Shown here piece after piece: positions 20,112 to 30,103 of a DNA stretch of 58,102 bases. The number at the start of each line of letters is the position of its first letter. The stretch's first letter is position 1. A program made the translations under genes and the position numbers. Where the stretch lies: the NCBI GenBank assembly GCA_021399345.1, contig JAAFKI010000092.1, positions 1 to 58,102 on the forward strand, given 5' to 3'. This stretch comes from Candidatus Heimdallarchaeota archaeon. Lineage in GTDB: Archaea > Asgardarchaeota > Heimdallarchaeia > Heimdallarchaeales > Heimdallarchaeaceae. The notes below the pieces were generated by a model, which was given only the letters and a program-made list of their open reading frames with translations, was not told where the DNA came from and made no database searches.

Positions 20112-21461
20112 ATGGTTAAGAGCAAAATCCTCAGAGTCTTCTTAACTCTTTTTTTCGTTCTTTTCATCAGCTCAATTCTTGTTGCTGGTACTAACTTTCA
20201 AGATTTAGAAGTGGATAATCAAGAAGACTCATTTTATTCTGCTAGCAATGCATCAATCCGACCTTTCAATCTTAATTATGTTTCATTCGATCCAATAAAG
20301 ATTATCAATGATTCAAATTTCACAGATTATGGATTTCCAGGTTATGGTAATATAACTCATCCATACATTATAGAAAATTATCTTATAAATGAAACTGATG
20401 AAAATGGCATTTCAATAGTTGCAACAACTAAACATTTTCTGATACGAAATTGTTTTCTGCAAAATCTTTATCGTGGGATTTATATTTATAACATCGCTAA
20501 TGGGACTGCTTTAGTTGAACAAAATTACTGTACTGAGAATACTTGGGGAATATACATCAGAAATGCTACTAGCGCTAAAGTTGAGGATAATGTGTGTACA
20601 AATAATGTCTATGGAATTCAAGTACGATATTCAGAGCAGGTTTTATTAAGGAATAACACCTGCAACTTTAATGTTTATCCAGGACTAGTAGTGGAAAACT
20701 GCTCTTCTAACACAGTAACTAACAACAATTGTTCTTTTAACGAAGACTATGGTATAGCTGTAAGTGAGTCTCAATTGTCTCATATCACAAATAACTTCTG
20801 CTACTCCAATAAATATGGTATGATTTCTAAAGGTAGTGATTCATCAGTTGTTAATGGAAACATTTGTAATAATAATGAGAGAGGGATAATAATCTGGTAT
20901 TCTCCTGAAAGTATTGTTTTTAACAACACAGTCAAGTTCAGTACTGGTGGTCGATTCCACGATGGAGAAGGGATACTCTTAGGTTATTATTCTTCCAATA
21001 GTTTTGTCTCCAATAATACATGCTATGGGAATATTTATGGAATTAGTGTTTTCTGTAATAATAGTATATTGAAACATAATCTTTTGCAAGAAAATCAGTT
21101 TTTTGGAATCCGTATTGAAGAAATCGAGTCTAAAGAGTTCTCATTTAACAACATCATCTACCATAATTATTTCATTGATAACAATATAAATGGACATGAA
21201 GATGGAAGAACTCAAGCTTTTGATTTTAGTAAGACCAATTTATGGTATGATTCAAACACTAAAACTGGGAACTGGTGGTCAGATATTGGATTAAAATGTA
21301 AATACAAAATAAGTAAAGTAGCAGGAATTGTAGATTTGTATCCTTTAAATAAGGTAAACTTCTGTTTGAAAAAACTATTACCTACAATTATTGTTCCACT
21401 AGTTTTTATTGCTGCGATTGTCGTCCTGATAAAGTATCCTTTACCATATTTCTGTAAATAA
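20112..21461 (+). CDS. Secreted NosD/CASH-like beta-helix protein, C-terminal TM
   Basis: GFPGYG...PYIIEN N-cap, NN.C..N..GI repeats, GNWWSD..DLYPL. Confidence 0.85.
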   Translation: MVKSKILRVFLTLFFVLFISSILVAGTNFQDLEVDNQEDSFYSASNASIRPFNLNYVSFDPIKIINDSNFTDYGFPGYGNITHPYIIENYLINETDENGISIVATTKHFLIRNCFLQNLYRGIYIYNIANGTALVEQNYCTENTWGIYIRNATSAKVEDNVCTNNVYGIQVRYSEQVLLRNNTCNFNVYPGLVVENCSSNTVTNNNCSFNEDYGIAVSESQLSHITNNFCYSNKYGMISKGSDSSVVNGNICNNNERGIIIWYSPESIVFNNTVKFSTGGRFHDGEGILLGYYSSNSFVSNNTCYGNIYGISVFCNNSILKHNLLQENQFFGIRIEEIESKEFSFNNIIYHNYFIDNNINGHEDGRTQAFDFSKTNLWYDSNTKTGNWWSDIGLKCKYKISKVAGIVDLYPLNKVNFCLKKLLPTIIVPLVFIAAIVVLIKYPLPYFCK

Positions 21462-21609
21462 AACCTCTGCCTTACATCTTCTCTAACCTACCTTATTGTA
21501 AACCTTCTTTTCAGATGGGGTTCTTATTGAGAAGGGAGTGGGTTTGTTTCTACTGGAAACTTTTCTCAAAGTTTAAAAATAACTTAAATCAACTTCAAAG
21601 AAACAAGGC

Positions 21610-22668
21610 TTGTTGATTTTTATGAATTGGAAGTACTGGAAGAAAATAGCAATACGATTTGCAATACTAAATATTATTTTTTGGGGGATAATTGCAATAT
21701 CCATCTCTCTTACGATCAAAACACCAAGTAAGTACAAATACACAGATTCAGATTGGGATGATTTTTCATATTCTCCCAACTATAATAAGACAGAATGGAA
21801 TATTCTGTTTGACGGACATTCTCATACATATTATTCAGATGGAAGTCTTTCACCTAGGCAAAACATACTTTGGCATTTAGCGATGGGATTCAATGCTATG
21901 GTGTTGACAGATCACAATACATTTGATGGAATAGAAGAAATTAGAGAGATTGCTCGAAACGAGTTTAATGACTCGATAAAAGTTCTAATAGGAATTGAAT
22001 GGACAACTGATAGATGCCACTTGAACATTATTCTCCCCCCTAATACCACTGCAGAAGATTATGAGGAATTGTTAACTTTCAGCAGCTACGCTTATACACC
22101 AACCGATTTAGAAATTCAGGAATTAATAATTAATACTCACAACCTTGGAGGAATTATACAGATAAATCATATTCCTTGGTCACTGGATTATTGCAGAGAT
22201 CATCCTACAAGACAACAATTTCTAGATTGGGGGATAGATTATATTGAGATAATAAATTATGAAACTTTTGATAATGAGTCATATTATTTCTGTCTAGATA
22301 ATGGTTTAGGGATGATAACAGGAACAGATATGCATAACCCTGAGCCTGTTTATGCTTATACTACAATTAATGCATCTGAATTCACTGAACAAGCTATCTT
22401 CGATGAATTGAAAGCTAAACGTACAGGTTTTCTCTATAACGGAATATCCTCACCCTATACAATAGAACATGGGATAAATCCTGTATATATTCTGATTTAT
22501 CCTTTAATCAAAATTGGTGAGATGTTTGAAGGAATGTACTCAAGTGCATCTTTTGGTCCAATGCTAGCTGTTTTCTTTGCTTATGTATATGGCTTATATA
22601 TCTTACTTGAAACTTTGAAATTTGCAGTTCCCTATGGTATTAAGAAGATAAAAAACAGAAAAACATAG
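21610..22668 (+). CDS. Membrane-anchored PHP-domain metallophosphoesterase
   Basis: DGHSHT..SDG, LTDHN, GIEWT, NH and GTDMH motifs; N- and C-terminal TM segments. Confidence 0.85.
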   Translation: MLIFMNWKYWKKIAIRFAILNIIFWGIIAISISLTIKTPSKYKYTDSDWDDFSYSPNYNKTEWNILFDGHSHTYYSDGSLSPRQNILWHLAMGFNAMVLTDHNTFDGIEEIREIARNEFNDSIKVLIGIEWTTDRCHLNIILPPNTTAEDYEELLTFSSYAYTPTDLEIQELIINTHNLGGIIQINHIPWSLDYCRDHPTRQQFLDWGIDYIEIINYETFDNESYYFCLDNGLGMITGTDMHNPEPVYAYTTINASEFTEQAIFDELKAKRTGFLYNGISSPYTIEHGINPVYILIYPLIKIGEMFEGMYSSASFGPMLAVFFAYVYGLYILLETLKFAVPYGIKKIKNRKT

Positions 22669-22679
22669 TCAAAGGAGAA

Positions 22680-23759
22680 TTACTTTTTCTTATTTTGTTT
22701 TTCTTCTGCATCAATTTTTTCCCATTCAATATTTGGAAAAGTTATATTCATTCTAGTTCCAACTGTTTCTCCTAAACGTTTCACATTCTCAATATTGAGA
22801 GTTAAACCATAACGTTCTAGCATATTTTGTGTGACTGCAACATCCAGCTTCTTTGTATCAAGGTCAGTTATTTCTAGAATTTCAGATTTAGCATCTTGTG
22901 ATAATAATATTCCCTCAAAATGTAACTTGATGTTAATCCTATCTTGTTTTGGTTTAGTCACATAAATTTCCACTTCTACCTTGTCATCAGTATACTCTAT
23001 CATTCTGACTATAAGGTTAACAATTATTCTGTGTAAATATTCATCCCCTAGAACCACAAGATCTTCCATATGGGTTACTTCTGTCCTAATCTGTTTAGCA
23101 AAGAAATTGTTAAGGTATCTTATAGCATGACTGATTACATTTGCTATTTTCTGATTTGACAAAGGCCTCTCTTCTTGTAAAAGGAGATTGATGTTTGCAT
23201 TTTGAATGAGATAAATGGATCTGATTGTGATATCTCTCATCTTGTTGAGTAATTGTTCAGCTGTCTCTTGAGCAACTTTTTCTTTGCTAAAGATTCTTCG
23301 AAAGAAATCAATATAGCCTAGTTCTGCATGAAGGTTATTTAGCAAATCGTGTTGAAATAACTCAAAGAGGAACTTTCTTTGCATTGCTGAATCAATTATG
23401 TCAGTGATGTCTCTACACATCAGAACGATGAAATTTTGCTCAAGTGATTTTATTACGCTTGATGAAATATGAAAGGGAATTTCAACTTTATTTTTTGTAA
23501 TGAAATTTAATCTTTTAGATTGACTTCCTTTTTCTTTAGTATCTTTTAGTAGCTCTTGAAAAATTCTCTTTTCCTTAACAAACTTATTTAATTCAGTCTT
23601 TTTCACTTCTTGAAGAGTTTTACCAAGATATCTACAAGCTTGGATATTAGCATCGTGAATTATCCCTTCTACATCTACCAAAAATATCATATCCATACTG
23701 TTTTGGAAAATGATATCAAACGTTTCTTGAATTAGGGTAGCATTCTCTTCAGGATTCAT
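22680..23759 (-). CDS. PAS-domain protein with histidine-kinase-like C-terminus (degenerate ATPase boxes)
   Basis: PAS/PAC (DMIFLVDVEG..DAN..CRDIT), H-box-like QHDLLNNL; no D/G1 or G2 glycine motifs. Confidence 0.7.
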   Translation of the reverse strand: MNPEENATLIQETFDIIFQNSMDMIFLVDVEGIIHDANIQACRYLGKTLQEVKKTELNKFVKEKRIFQELLKDTKEKGSQSKRLNFITKNKVEIPFHISSSVIKSLEQNFIVLMCRDITDIIDSAMQRKFLFELFQHDLLNNLHAELGYIDFFRRIFSKEKVAQETAEQLLNKMRDITIRSIYLIQNANINLLLQEERPLSNQKIANVISHAIRYLNNFFAKQIRTEVTHMEDLVVLGDEYLHRIIVNLIVRMIEYTDDKVEVEIYVTKPKQDRINIKLHFEGILLSQDAKSEILEITDLDTKKLDVAVTQNMLERYGLTLNIENVKRLGETVGTRMNITFPNIEWEKIDAEEKQNKKK

Positions 23760-23844
23760 AATTCACAATCACTTATGTACAATAGTGCTGTATTCTTACA
23801 CCGGATAAAATAGTTTCGATGTATAATATATAAAAGTTGGTAAT

Positions 23845-24444
23845 TCAGTACCAAACATCTTTTAACCTTAGGAAATATGCAGCAATATTTGTTACGAAAT
23901 GCAAAGCTGGTGTTACAACTATCACGGCAATGACATAAAACCATAAGTGGCTTACTCCCCAAACAAATGGTAAGGCAAACAAAAGACCAGTAACCGCCCA
24001 AGAACCTTGATCATAAAGTGGCAATGCTCCCCCTGATGGAATGTTTATCCTTCTTTTAATAAAGGATCCTAGCAAATCTGCGAAGTGATCACCTATACTC
24101 ATAAAGAAACCGATGTACCAAGGAAACACCGGATAAGCAGATTTTGTTGGAGAAAAAGAAGCAGTGTACTTATCAGCTAGAACAAAGACATCCCATTTGA
24201 TGTAGCACAAGTACCAAACAACAACACCGGTTATAGTTCCAAAGATAATTCCAAAGATTATCCCTCTCCAAGTTTTATGATCACCAAAAATCCTTCTACC
24301 ATCTTTCCAATTTTTTCCTCCGTCTACAGGAACACCTAGGAAAGGAATGAATTTACTAAGACTAGCGAAAGAATTACAAGCATATATAGGAGCTCCAAAA
24401 ACAATAGCATACCAAACTAAAAGGAAAAAAGTTCCAGCATCCAT
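23845..24444 (-). CDS. carS: CDP-archaeol synthase
   Basis: PVDGG..DGRRIFGDHKTWRG, DLLGSFIKRR, DQ and HF.TN..AY...LKDVWY motifs. Confidence 0.92.
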   Translation of the reverse strand: MDAGTFFLLVWYAIVFGAPIYACNSFASLSKFIPFLGVPVDGGKNWKDGRRIFGDHKTWRGIIFGIIFGTITGVVVWYLCYIKWDVFVLADKYTASFSPTKSAYPVFPWYIGFFMSIGDHFADLLGSFIKRRINIPSGGALPLYDQGSWAVTGLLFALPFVWGVSHLWFYVIAVIVVTPALHFVTNIAAYFLRLKDVWY

Positions 24445-24581
24445 ACAAAATGCAATTATTTCATCGGTTAAAAGATTTTTGCATCTTTTTCTTAGATTTT
24501 GCAGATTTTACAACGTAATAAAGAAAAATTAATATGGCATATTGTATTACTCCTTATAGAAGCATTTAAGAGGTCTTAAGA

Positions 24582-25487
24582 TTGAGCAATAAAACTGGAC
24601 GTCGTAAAATAGATTACGAGTGCAATATCTGTAAACGAACAAGAATCATCTATATTTTACCTTCATTGCATCAAAGTGTGGATGAGAAAGGATATGTTGA
24701 ATATGTTGATATTCATCCTTGTGCAGACGACAGATTAAATGCTAATATTCTCTATGTGGATAAGAACATGGTTGTAAGATCACAAGTACCAGTTAGAGTT
24801 GGAGATGATGTATCAACTCAAGAAATCTCTGCAATGCAAATACCTGTTCCCAAAAAAGTTGACTTCAAAATAGCTAAAATCGAACCAGTAAAGAGTTACA
24901 AATATAAGAATATTAAATCCTTTAATATCGTTGATAGACTAAGGCAGACCCATTTTCAACTGAAAGAAAAGGGAGATGGGAAGTTGCTCAAAGTTACTTC
25001 CGAGTTAGATTTTATTGATATTGAAGCAAAAATATCTAAGAATACTGATATTGACATAGCTGAAGACTGGTTAAAACAACTAGCTTCTATATTAGAGGCG
25101 ATTGTTTTGCTAGATGAAGAAATGCTTTCTTTCATGATTCTTTATCTTGATCCTAAAATTTCAGAACCACCTGCAGGAGAGAGTATCATTGAGTTAGATA
25201 TGATTCTCCATGCTAAAAGCTCTTTTCCAATTGCTTCTTTGAAATCCTATGCAACTTTTAGAAGACAATGGCCAAAGATACAAAGCGAAAGAAAAGGAAC
25301 AGATTTTGAATCTTATGAAAAACTCCTTACATATTGTATAGGTAACCAATATAAGACCCTTCTAGATATTTTCTTCAAAGCAGAATCAGCTATGAATTTC
25401 CTCCATTTCATTGATATGATAGAAGATATGTCTATGCTTGGTTTAATCAATATTAGAAAAACACAGTTTTTTACAGTGGATGATTAG
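24582..25487 (+). CDS. Hypothetical protein with N-terminal putative Zn-binding motif
   Basis: CNIC...HPC near the N-terminus; 301 aa; TTG start. Confidence 0.65.
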   Translation: MSNKTGRRKIDYECNICKRTRIIYILPSLHQSVDEKGYVEYVDIHPCADDRLNANILYVDKNMVVRSQVPVRVGDDVSTQEISAMQIPVPKKVDFKIAKIEPVKSYKYKNIKSFNIVDRLRQTHFQLKEKGDGKLLKVTSELDFIDIEAKISKNTDIDIAEDWLKQLASILEAIVLLDEEMLSFMILYLDPKISEPPAGESIIELDMILHAKSSFPIASLKSYATFRRQWPKIQSERKGTDFESYEKLLTYCIGNQYKTLLDIFFKAESAMNFLHFIDMIEDMSMLGLINIRKTQFFTVDD

Positions 25488-25543
25488 CTTTTTCTAGAAA
25501 AAAATAATAAGCTGTGAATTTAGCAGATATTATGATCAATCTA

Positions 25544-26704
25544 GCTGACAGGCTTTCATATTTTCAAGAGTCAGTTATTAGAGAAATGACTCGAAAGGCA
25601 ATTGAACATGATGCTATTAATCTCTCTCAAGGAATGCCAGATTATTCTCCTCCAGAAGAACTCACAGAAGGGATTATAGACGCGATTAGTCACAATGAGC
25701 ATCAATATACTGTAACATATGGCAGAAATGATCTTAGAGAAAAAATCGCAGGTAAATATGAAACCTACAATAAAATTCAATATGATCCAGAAGATGAAAT
25801 AACTATTACTTGCGGTGCAAGCGAAGCAATTGCTAGTAGTATTCTCTCTCTACTTAATCCATCAGATGAGATACTTATATTAGAACCATGGTATGAAAAT
25901 TATGTCCCTATTACATATTTAGCTAATGGAAAACCTGTTTTTGTGAAATTGTCTAAGAAAGATTTTGGAATTGATGAGGAGAGTTTCAAAAATAAAATTG
26001 GTGATAAGACAAAAGCTGTTATTATAAATACACCTCACAATCCTTCAGGAAAAGTTTTTTCAAAAGAAGAATTGAACTTTCTTAGCGACATATGTAATGA
26101 TAATAATCTCATTGCTATAACTGATGAAATTTATGAGCACATAATCTATGATGATGCTGTTCATATCAGTCCTGCAAGTCTAAATAACATGTTCGAGAGA
26201 ACAATTACTATTTCTGGTTTCAGTAAAACATTCTCTATCACAGGATGGAGAGTTGGTTATGTTGCTGCAGAAAAAGAATTAATGACAGGAATAAGAAAGG
26301 TTCATGATTATCTGACAATTTGTGCTCCCTCCATCATGCAATTTGCAGCCTTGAAAGCATATAATTTACAACAAGACTATTTTGAGTCACTCAAAAACCG
26401 TTATCAGACAAATAGAGATTATTTAGTGAAGAATTTAACTTCTTTAGGATTAAAGCCAGTTAAACCAAAAGGAGCTTATTACCTTCTTGCAGACATTTCT
26501 GACTTTAGTGTATGTGATCAAGAATTTGCAGACTTTTTGGTTAAGAATCAAGGAGTGGCAACAGTTCCTGGATCAAGTTTTTACCAGAAAGAAAATCCAA
26601 ATCCTGATGCACACAGATTTATAAGATTCTCCTTTTCTCATAAGCTTGAAACCTTGAAAGAAGCAGTCTCGAGAATTAAGAATAGAATAAACGAAAAATA
26701 TTAA
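25544..26704 (+). CDS. PLP-dependent aminotransferase class I/II
   Basis: INLSQGMPD, NTPHNPSG, DEIY, SKTFSITGWRVG; start uncertain (25514 or 25544). Confidence 0.92.
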   Translation, partial: ADRLSYFQESVIREMTRKAIEHDAINLSQGMPDYSPPEELTEGIIDAISHNEHQYTVTYGRNDLREKIAGKYETYNKIQYDPEDEITITCGASEAIASSILSLLNPSDEILILEPWYENYVPITYLANGKPVFVKLSKKDFGIDEESFKNKIGDKTKAVIINTPHNPSGKVFSKEELNFLSDICNDNNLIAITDEIYEHIIYDDAVHISPASLNNMFERTITISGFSKTFSITGWRVGYVAAEKELMTGIRKVHDYLTICAPSIMQFAALKAYNLQQDYFESLKNRYQTNRDYLVKNLTSLGLKPVKPKGAYYLLADISDFSVCDQEFADFLVKNQGVATVPGSSFYQKENPNPDAHRFIRFSFSHKLETLKEAVSRIKNRINEKY

Positions 26705-26747
26705 TAAAATTATTTCTTTCTTATTTGGATTATTAGGAGAATGATCT

Positions 26748-28466
26748 ATGCTGGTAATGCACTTTGGCCACCTATCTATGTATATCAAGAAGCACAAAAA
26801 TCTGACAACGTTTATATTACTTGGTTCTAGTAAGGAATTGGTTATACTATTGAACAACAAATCTAGAACCATTTTCTTCTTTTTCTTGTTAACTTTGTTA
26901 CTTTTTGTAACACCTAATCTTGGAGAAAGTCAACAGAAACAGAACATCTGTGAACTAAACTTTTCTAATCTAGATTACAGTCATTTTGACTTTAGGAGAA
27001 TCAAACTCGATATGTATAACTATGAACTAGATAGCGATACCCCAATGTTAATAGATTCTGATAGTGATTTTATTTCTTTTGGATTTCCTGGGAATGGTTC
27101 AGAACAGAATCCATATCTAATCCAGAATCTAGAAATTAATACTCCAAATAATTTCGGGTTAGTGATTGTTAACACAACAAAGAATTTTATTGTTCAAAAC
27201 TGTAACATATCTGCTATAATAACTGGTATACATTTGCAAAACAATTCAGGAATTATTACAGAGGTGTTCAATAGTATTCTGTTTGGTGGTGATTATTATG
27301 GTATTTACTCTTACATGTGTCCAAATATCTCAATCATAAACAATACTTGTTACAATAATGAAGCAGGGATAGGTGTTTTCTTTTCTAACAATGGTCTAAT
27401 ATCTGAGAATTACTGTTATGTGAATGAAATAGGAATATTAGCTCAATTTATGATTGATACTGCTTTTGTGGCAAATATTTGTGACAACAATACATATAAT
27501 ATTGATTGTTCTTATGCAGAATTTCTTAATATTTCAAACAACATTTGTTCCAATAGTAGAGTGGGAATAGGAGGTTATGCTATAGATTATTCATTTTTCT
27601 ACAATAACACTATAAACCTTACAGATGGAGGATTAATTTTCTATGGATGTGATAATACTGAAATTATAGAAAACTGTCTTACATTCAACGATATTGGCAT
27701 TGTTCACGAAAATGGGGATAACACTAACATAACTGGAAATGAGTGTTTAGAAAGCACGAGAGGGATTTACATTCGTGATTGCCATTCAACCCTAGTACAA
27801 GAGAACGTATGTAATAAGAATTCTTTAGATGGGATTTACATCAAGAAAGGCAGTTCTGCTCTTATTGTGAATAATACTTGTAATGACAATTTAGAGAATG
27901 GTATTTATGATTCTTATTGGGGAATGTATATTGCTGAACCTCATGAAATTATAGGAAATAGTTGTAACAATAATACGTATGGTATTCAGTTGGATATAAC
28001 ACAAAGAATAGAGGTTTTTAATAATACTTGTACAAGAAATTTACAAGGAATTATCCTCAAAGATTCTGATTCCACAGACATCATTTTCAATGTTCTTCAA
28101 GATAATATTGAGTACGGAGTTTATCTTGATTCAAAATCAACTAACAATGAAATTCATCATAATGATTTTATCAATAACAACAGAAAAGGAACAGAATTTG
28201 GAAAAGCTCAAGGATATGACGACGGGTTTAGCAATAGATGGTACGATAAAATTAATGAGGAAGGCAATTATTGGTCTAATCTCAGAAATAAAGAAGAGTA
28301 TTTGTTAGATGGACTCAGGAATTCAATAGATCCTTACCCACTGAATAGTCCTGTCAACAATGATATACCTCATAAGACTAACTTCAATTTAGCTATTTCT
28401 GTAATATCACTTATTGTAGTCACTCTCTGCACTTTAAGTTTGTATCGAAAAAAGAGAAGAGGGTAA
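26748..28466 (+). CDS. Secreted NosD/CASH-like beta-helix protein, C-terminal TM
   Basis: GFPGNGS..NPYLIQN, many NNTC..N..GI repeats, GNYWS..DPYPL; true start probably ~100 nt downstream. Confidence 0.85.
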   Translation: MLVMHFGHLSMYIKKHKNLTTFILLGSSKELVILLNNKSRTIFFFFLLTLLLFVTPNLGESQQKQNICELNFSNLDYSHFDFRRIKLDMYNYELDSDTPMLIDSDSDFISFGFPGNGSEQNPYLIQNLEINTPNNFGLVIVNTTKNFIVQNCNISAIITGIHLQNNSGIITEVFNSILFGGDYYGIYSYMCPNISIINNTCYNNEAGIGVFFSNNGLISENYCYVNEIGILAQFMIDTAFVANICDNNTYNIDCSYAEFLNISNNICSNSRVGIGGYAIDYSFFYNNTINLTDGGLIFYGCDNTEIIENCLTFNDIGIVHENGDNTNITGNECLESTRGIYIRDCHSTLVQENVCNKNSLDGIYIKKGSSALIVNNTCNDNLENGIYDSYWGMYIAEPHEIIGNSCNNNTYGIQLDITQRIEVFNNTCTRNLQGIILKDSDSTDIIFNVLQDNIEYGVYLDSKSTNNEIHHNDFINNNRKGTEFGKAQGYDDGFSNRWYDKINEEGNYWSNLRNKEEYLLDGLRNSIDPYPLNSPVNNDIPHKTNFNLAISVISLIVVTLCTLSLYRKKRRG

Positions 28467-28525
28467 CTATAATTCAAGAGCAAAGATTACGAAATATTTA
28501 TCTTGGTTTCAGTAAACGAATTCTC

Positions 28526-29014
28526 ATGGAAATTAATGATGAGGATATAGTTGAGGTTCCAAAAAGCAAAATATCTCAAATGCATTTGTTATTCTTTCTT
28601 ATAAATCTAGTAATCCCAATTATTCTAGATCATTTTGTTGTAGTTAGAGACATAATGTATACTAGCCCTATTCTTGTAGCAGTAAATCCAGATACATTTG
28701 ATCTTAATCCATTGTTTAATTACAAAGCTTCTATGATCATCTCGATAGTTCTTGTAAGTGTTTACATAATTGTAGCAATTGTTGCTTCAATAATAAAATC
28801 CTTTGACAGAAGTTTCCTAAATGTAACAGCACTTCTTGCAGCTGGAGTATATCTTCTATTCTTTGTAATATTCCTGTTCCCACCATTAGGAGGTTGGCAG
28901 CTTTATCTCTTGTTTATAGCATATATAGGAAGATATTTTCTAGCTATTGGAGGAATCTTATATCTCATTTTGCTACTATCTCAAACTAAACGTGCTGTTC
29001 AGGAATTGATGTAA
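28526..29014 (+). CDS. Hypothetical 4-TM membrane protein
   Basis: 162 aa, four hydrophobic segments. Confidence 0.7.
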   Translation: MEINDEDIVEVPKSKISQMHLLFFLINLVIPIILDHFVVVRDIMYTSPILVAVNPDTFDLNPLFNYKASMIISIVLVSVYIIVAIVASIIKSFDRSFLNVTALLAAGVYLLFFVIFLFPPLGGWQLYLLFIAYIGRYFLAIGGILYLILLLSQTKRAVQELM

Positions 29015-29092
29015 GAAATGGAATGGACATGAATTAATAGGGGTTTTACTTGTGTTTCAAAAAAGAGAGTAAACTTACTAAACTCCATTCGT

Positions 29093-30103
29093 CTATTTAA
29101 CGTATTTTTTCTCTAATTCTTCAAATAAACTTAAGGAAATATCTGAGAACAAAGATAATTTTTCTCTATCCAGTTTAGCAGCTTTATTGTATAGTTCATA
29201 GAATTTAAATGGATTGCCTACAGTTCTAATCAGCTCATCAAAATGTGCGTTTTTTATTATGAAATTTGCCATATAATACCCTAAAGGATGACCAGCCAGG
29301 GGAACTATTTTCTTGATTTCTAGACCTAATTCCTTATTTGATAATTTATTACTGATACTATTTTCAATAAGAGTATTAATTTCTTTTATTATTTCAGGGG
29401 CACGCTTAACAGATTCTTTGAAATATTTCACATATGCCTTAGGAAAAGCCGTTTCAATACCACCATAAATAAAAAGACCCTTGTCAATGTGATCAGCAAT
29501 TCCTTCTGCATGGATTTGATTAATTACCCAGATTAGATCCTTGTCTTCTTCTTCTATATCATCTTTATCATACTCTAGCAATAGATTACGATAGAAATGA
29601 TGAGCTTCATGAGCAGCTAGTGAAACAAAATCTTCTAATCTATTAGCAAATATTGCATCTATTATTATTGTATCATAACCTCTTGCATCTGTATCAAATA
29701 TAAGAACTGAGACTGTAGGATTTTCCTCTGATTCCCCATAAGGTAGAAAAGCGGAAGCTCTTGCATAGATGCTTTCATGGATATTCTTCCACTTTTCCTC
29801 AATTAACTTTACATTTTTTTCATATGTTTTCTTATCTTTTTTTACTTGGGAATAATATTTTAGATATCGGCTTGTTTTACCCTCTAGCAACTTTTCTAAT
29901 GTTTCTTCTTTTTCAGGGTCAAAAGCTGCAATAAAACTTTGTTTGAAAAAGTCCTTATTAAATTCTGAAGCAATAAGTGCTTTATAACCTGGTGTATCGA
30001 ATAATTTGTTCCAATCATCTTCTGAAGGATTAGATGAACTCTCTAAAATTCCAACAATATGCCAAAACTGTTCGAAACTTGATAGATCAAGCTTAATCCT
30101 CAT
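29093..30103 (-). CDS. Putative Zn-dependent metalloprotease (DUF5700-like)
   Basis: AHEAHH (HExxH) and downstream EGIAD; GHPLGYYMA. Confidence 0.7.
   Translation of the reverse strand: MRIKLDLSSFEQFWHIVGILESSSNPSEDDWNKLFDTPGYKALIASEFNKDFFKQSFIAAFDPEKEETLEKLLEGKTSRYLKYYSQVKKDKKTYEKNVKLIEEKWKNIHESIYARASAFLPYGESEENPTVSVLIFDTDARGYDTIIIDAIFANRLEDFVSLAAHEAHHFYRNLLLEYDKDDIEEEDKDLIWVINQIHAEGIADHIDKGLFIYGGIETAFPKAYVKYFKESVKRAPEIIKEINTLIENSISNKLSNKELGLEIKKIVPLAGHPLGYYMANFIIKNAHFDELIRTVGNPFKFYELYNKAAKLDREKLSLFSDISLSLFEELEKKYVK

Noticed and set aside
17976-21525. Shared intergenic motif TTGTA-N14-ATGGGGTTCTT at 17976-18005 and 21496-21525
   Set aside because: Only two copies with an 11-nt core and divergent surroundings; cannot be separated from chance without a genome-wide search.
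21462-21570. Possible structured RNA or MITE (CCTTC..GAAGG and AAACC..GGTTT pairing)
   Set aside because: Pairing is weak and bulged; no tRNA cloverleaf or other recognisable family.
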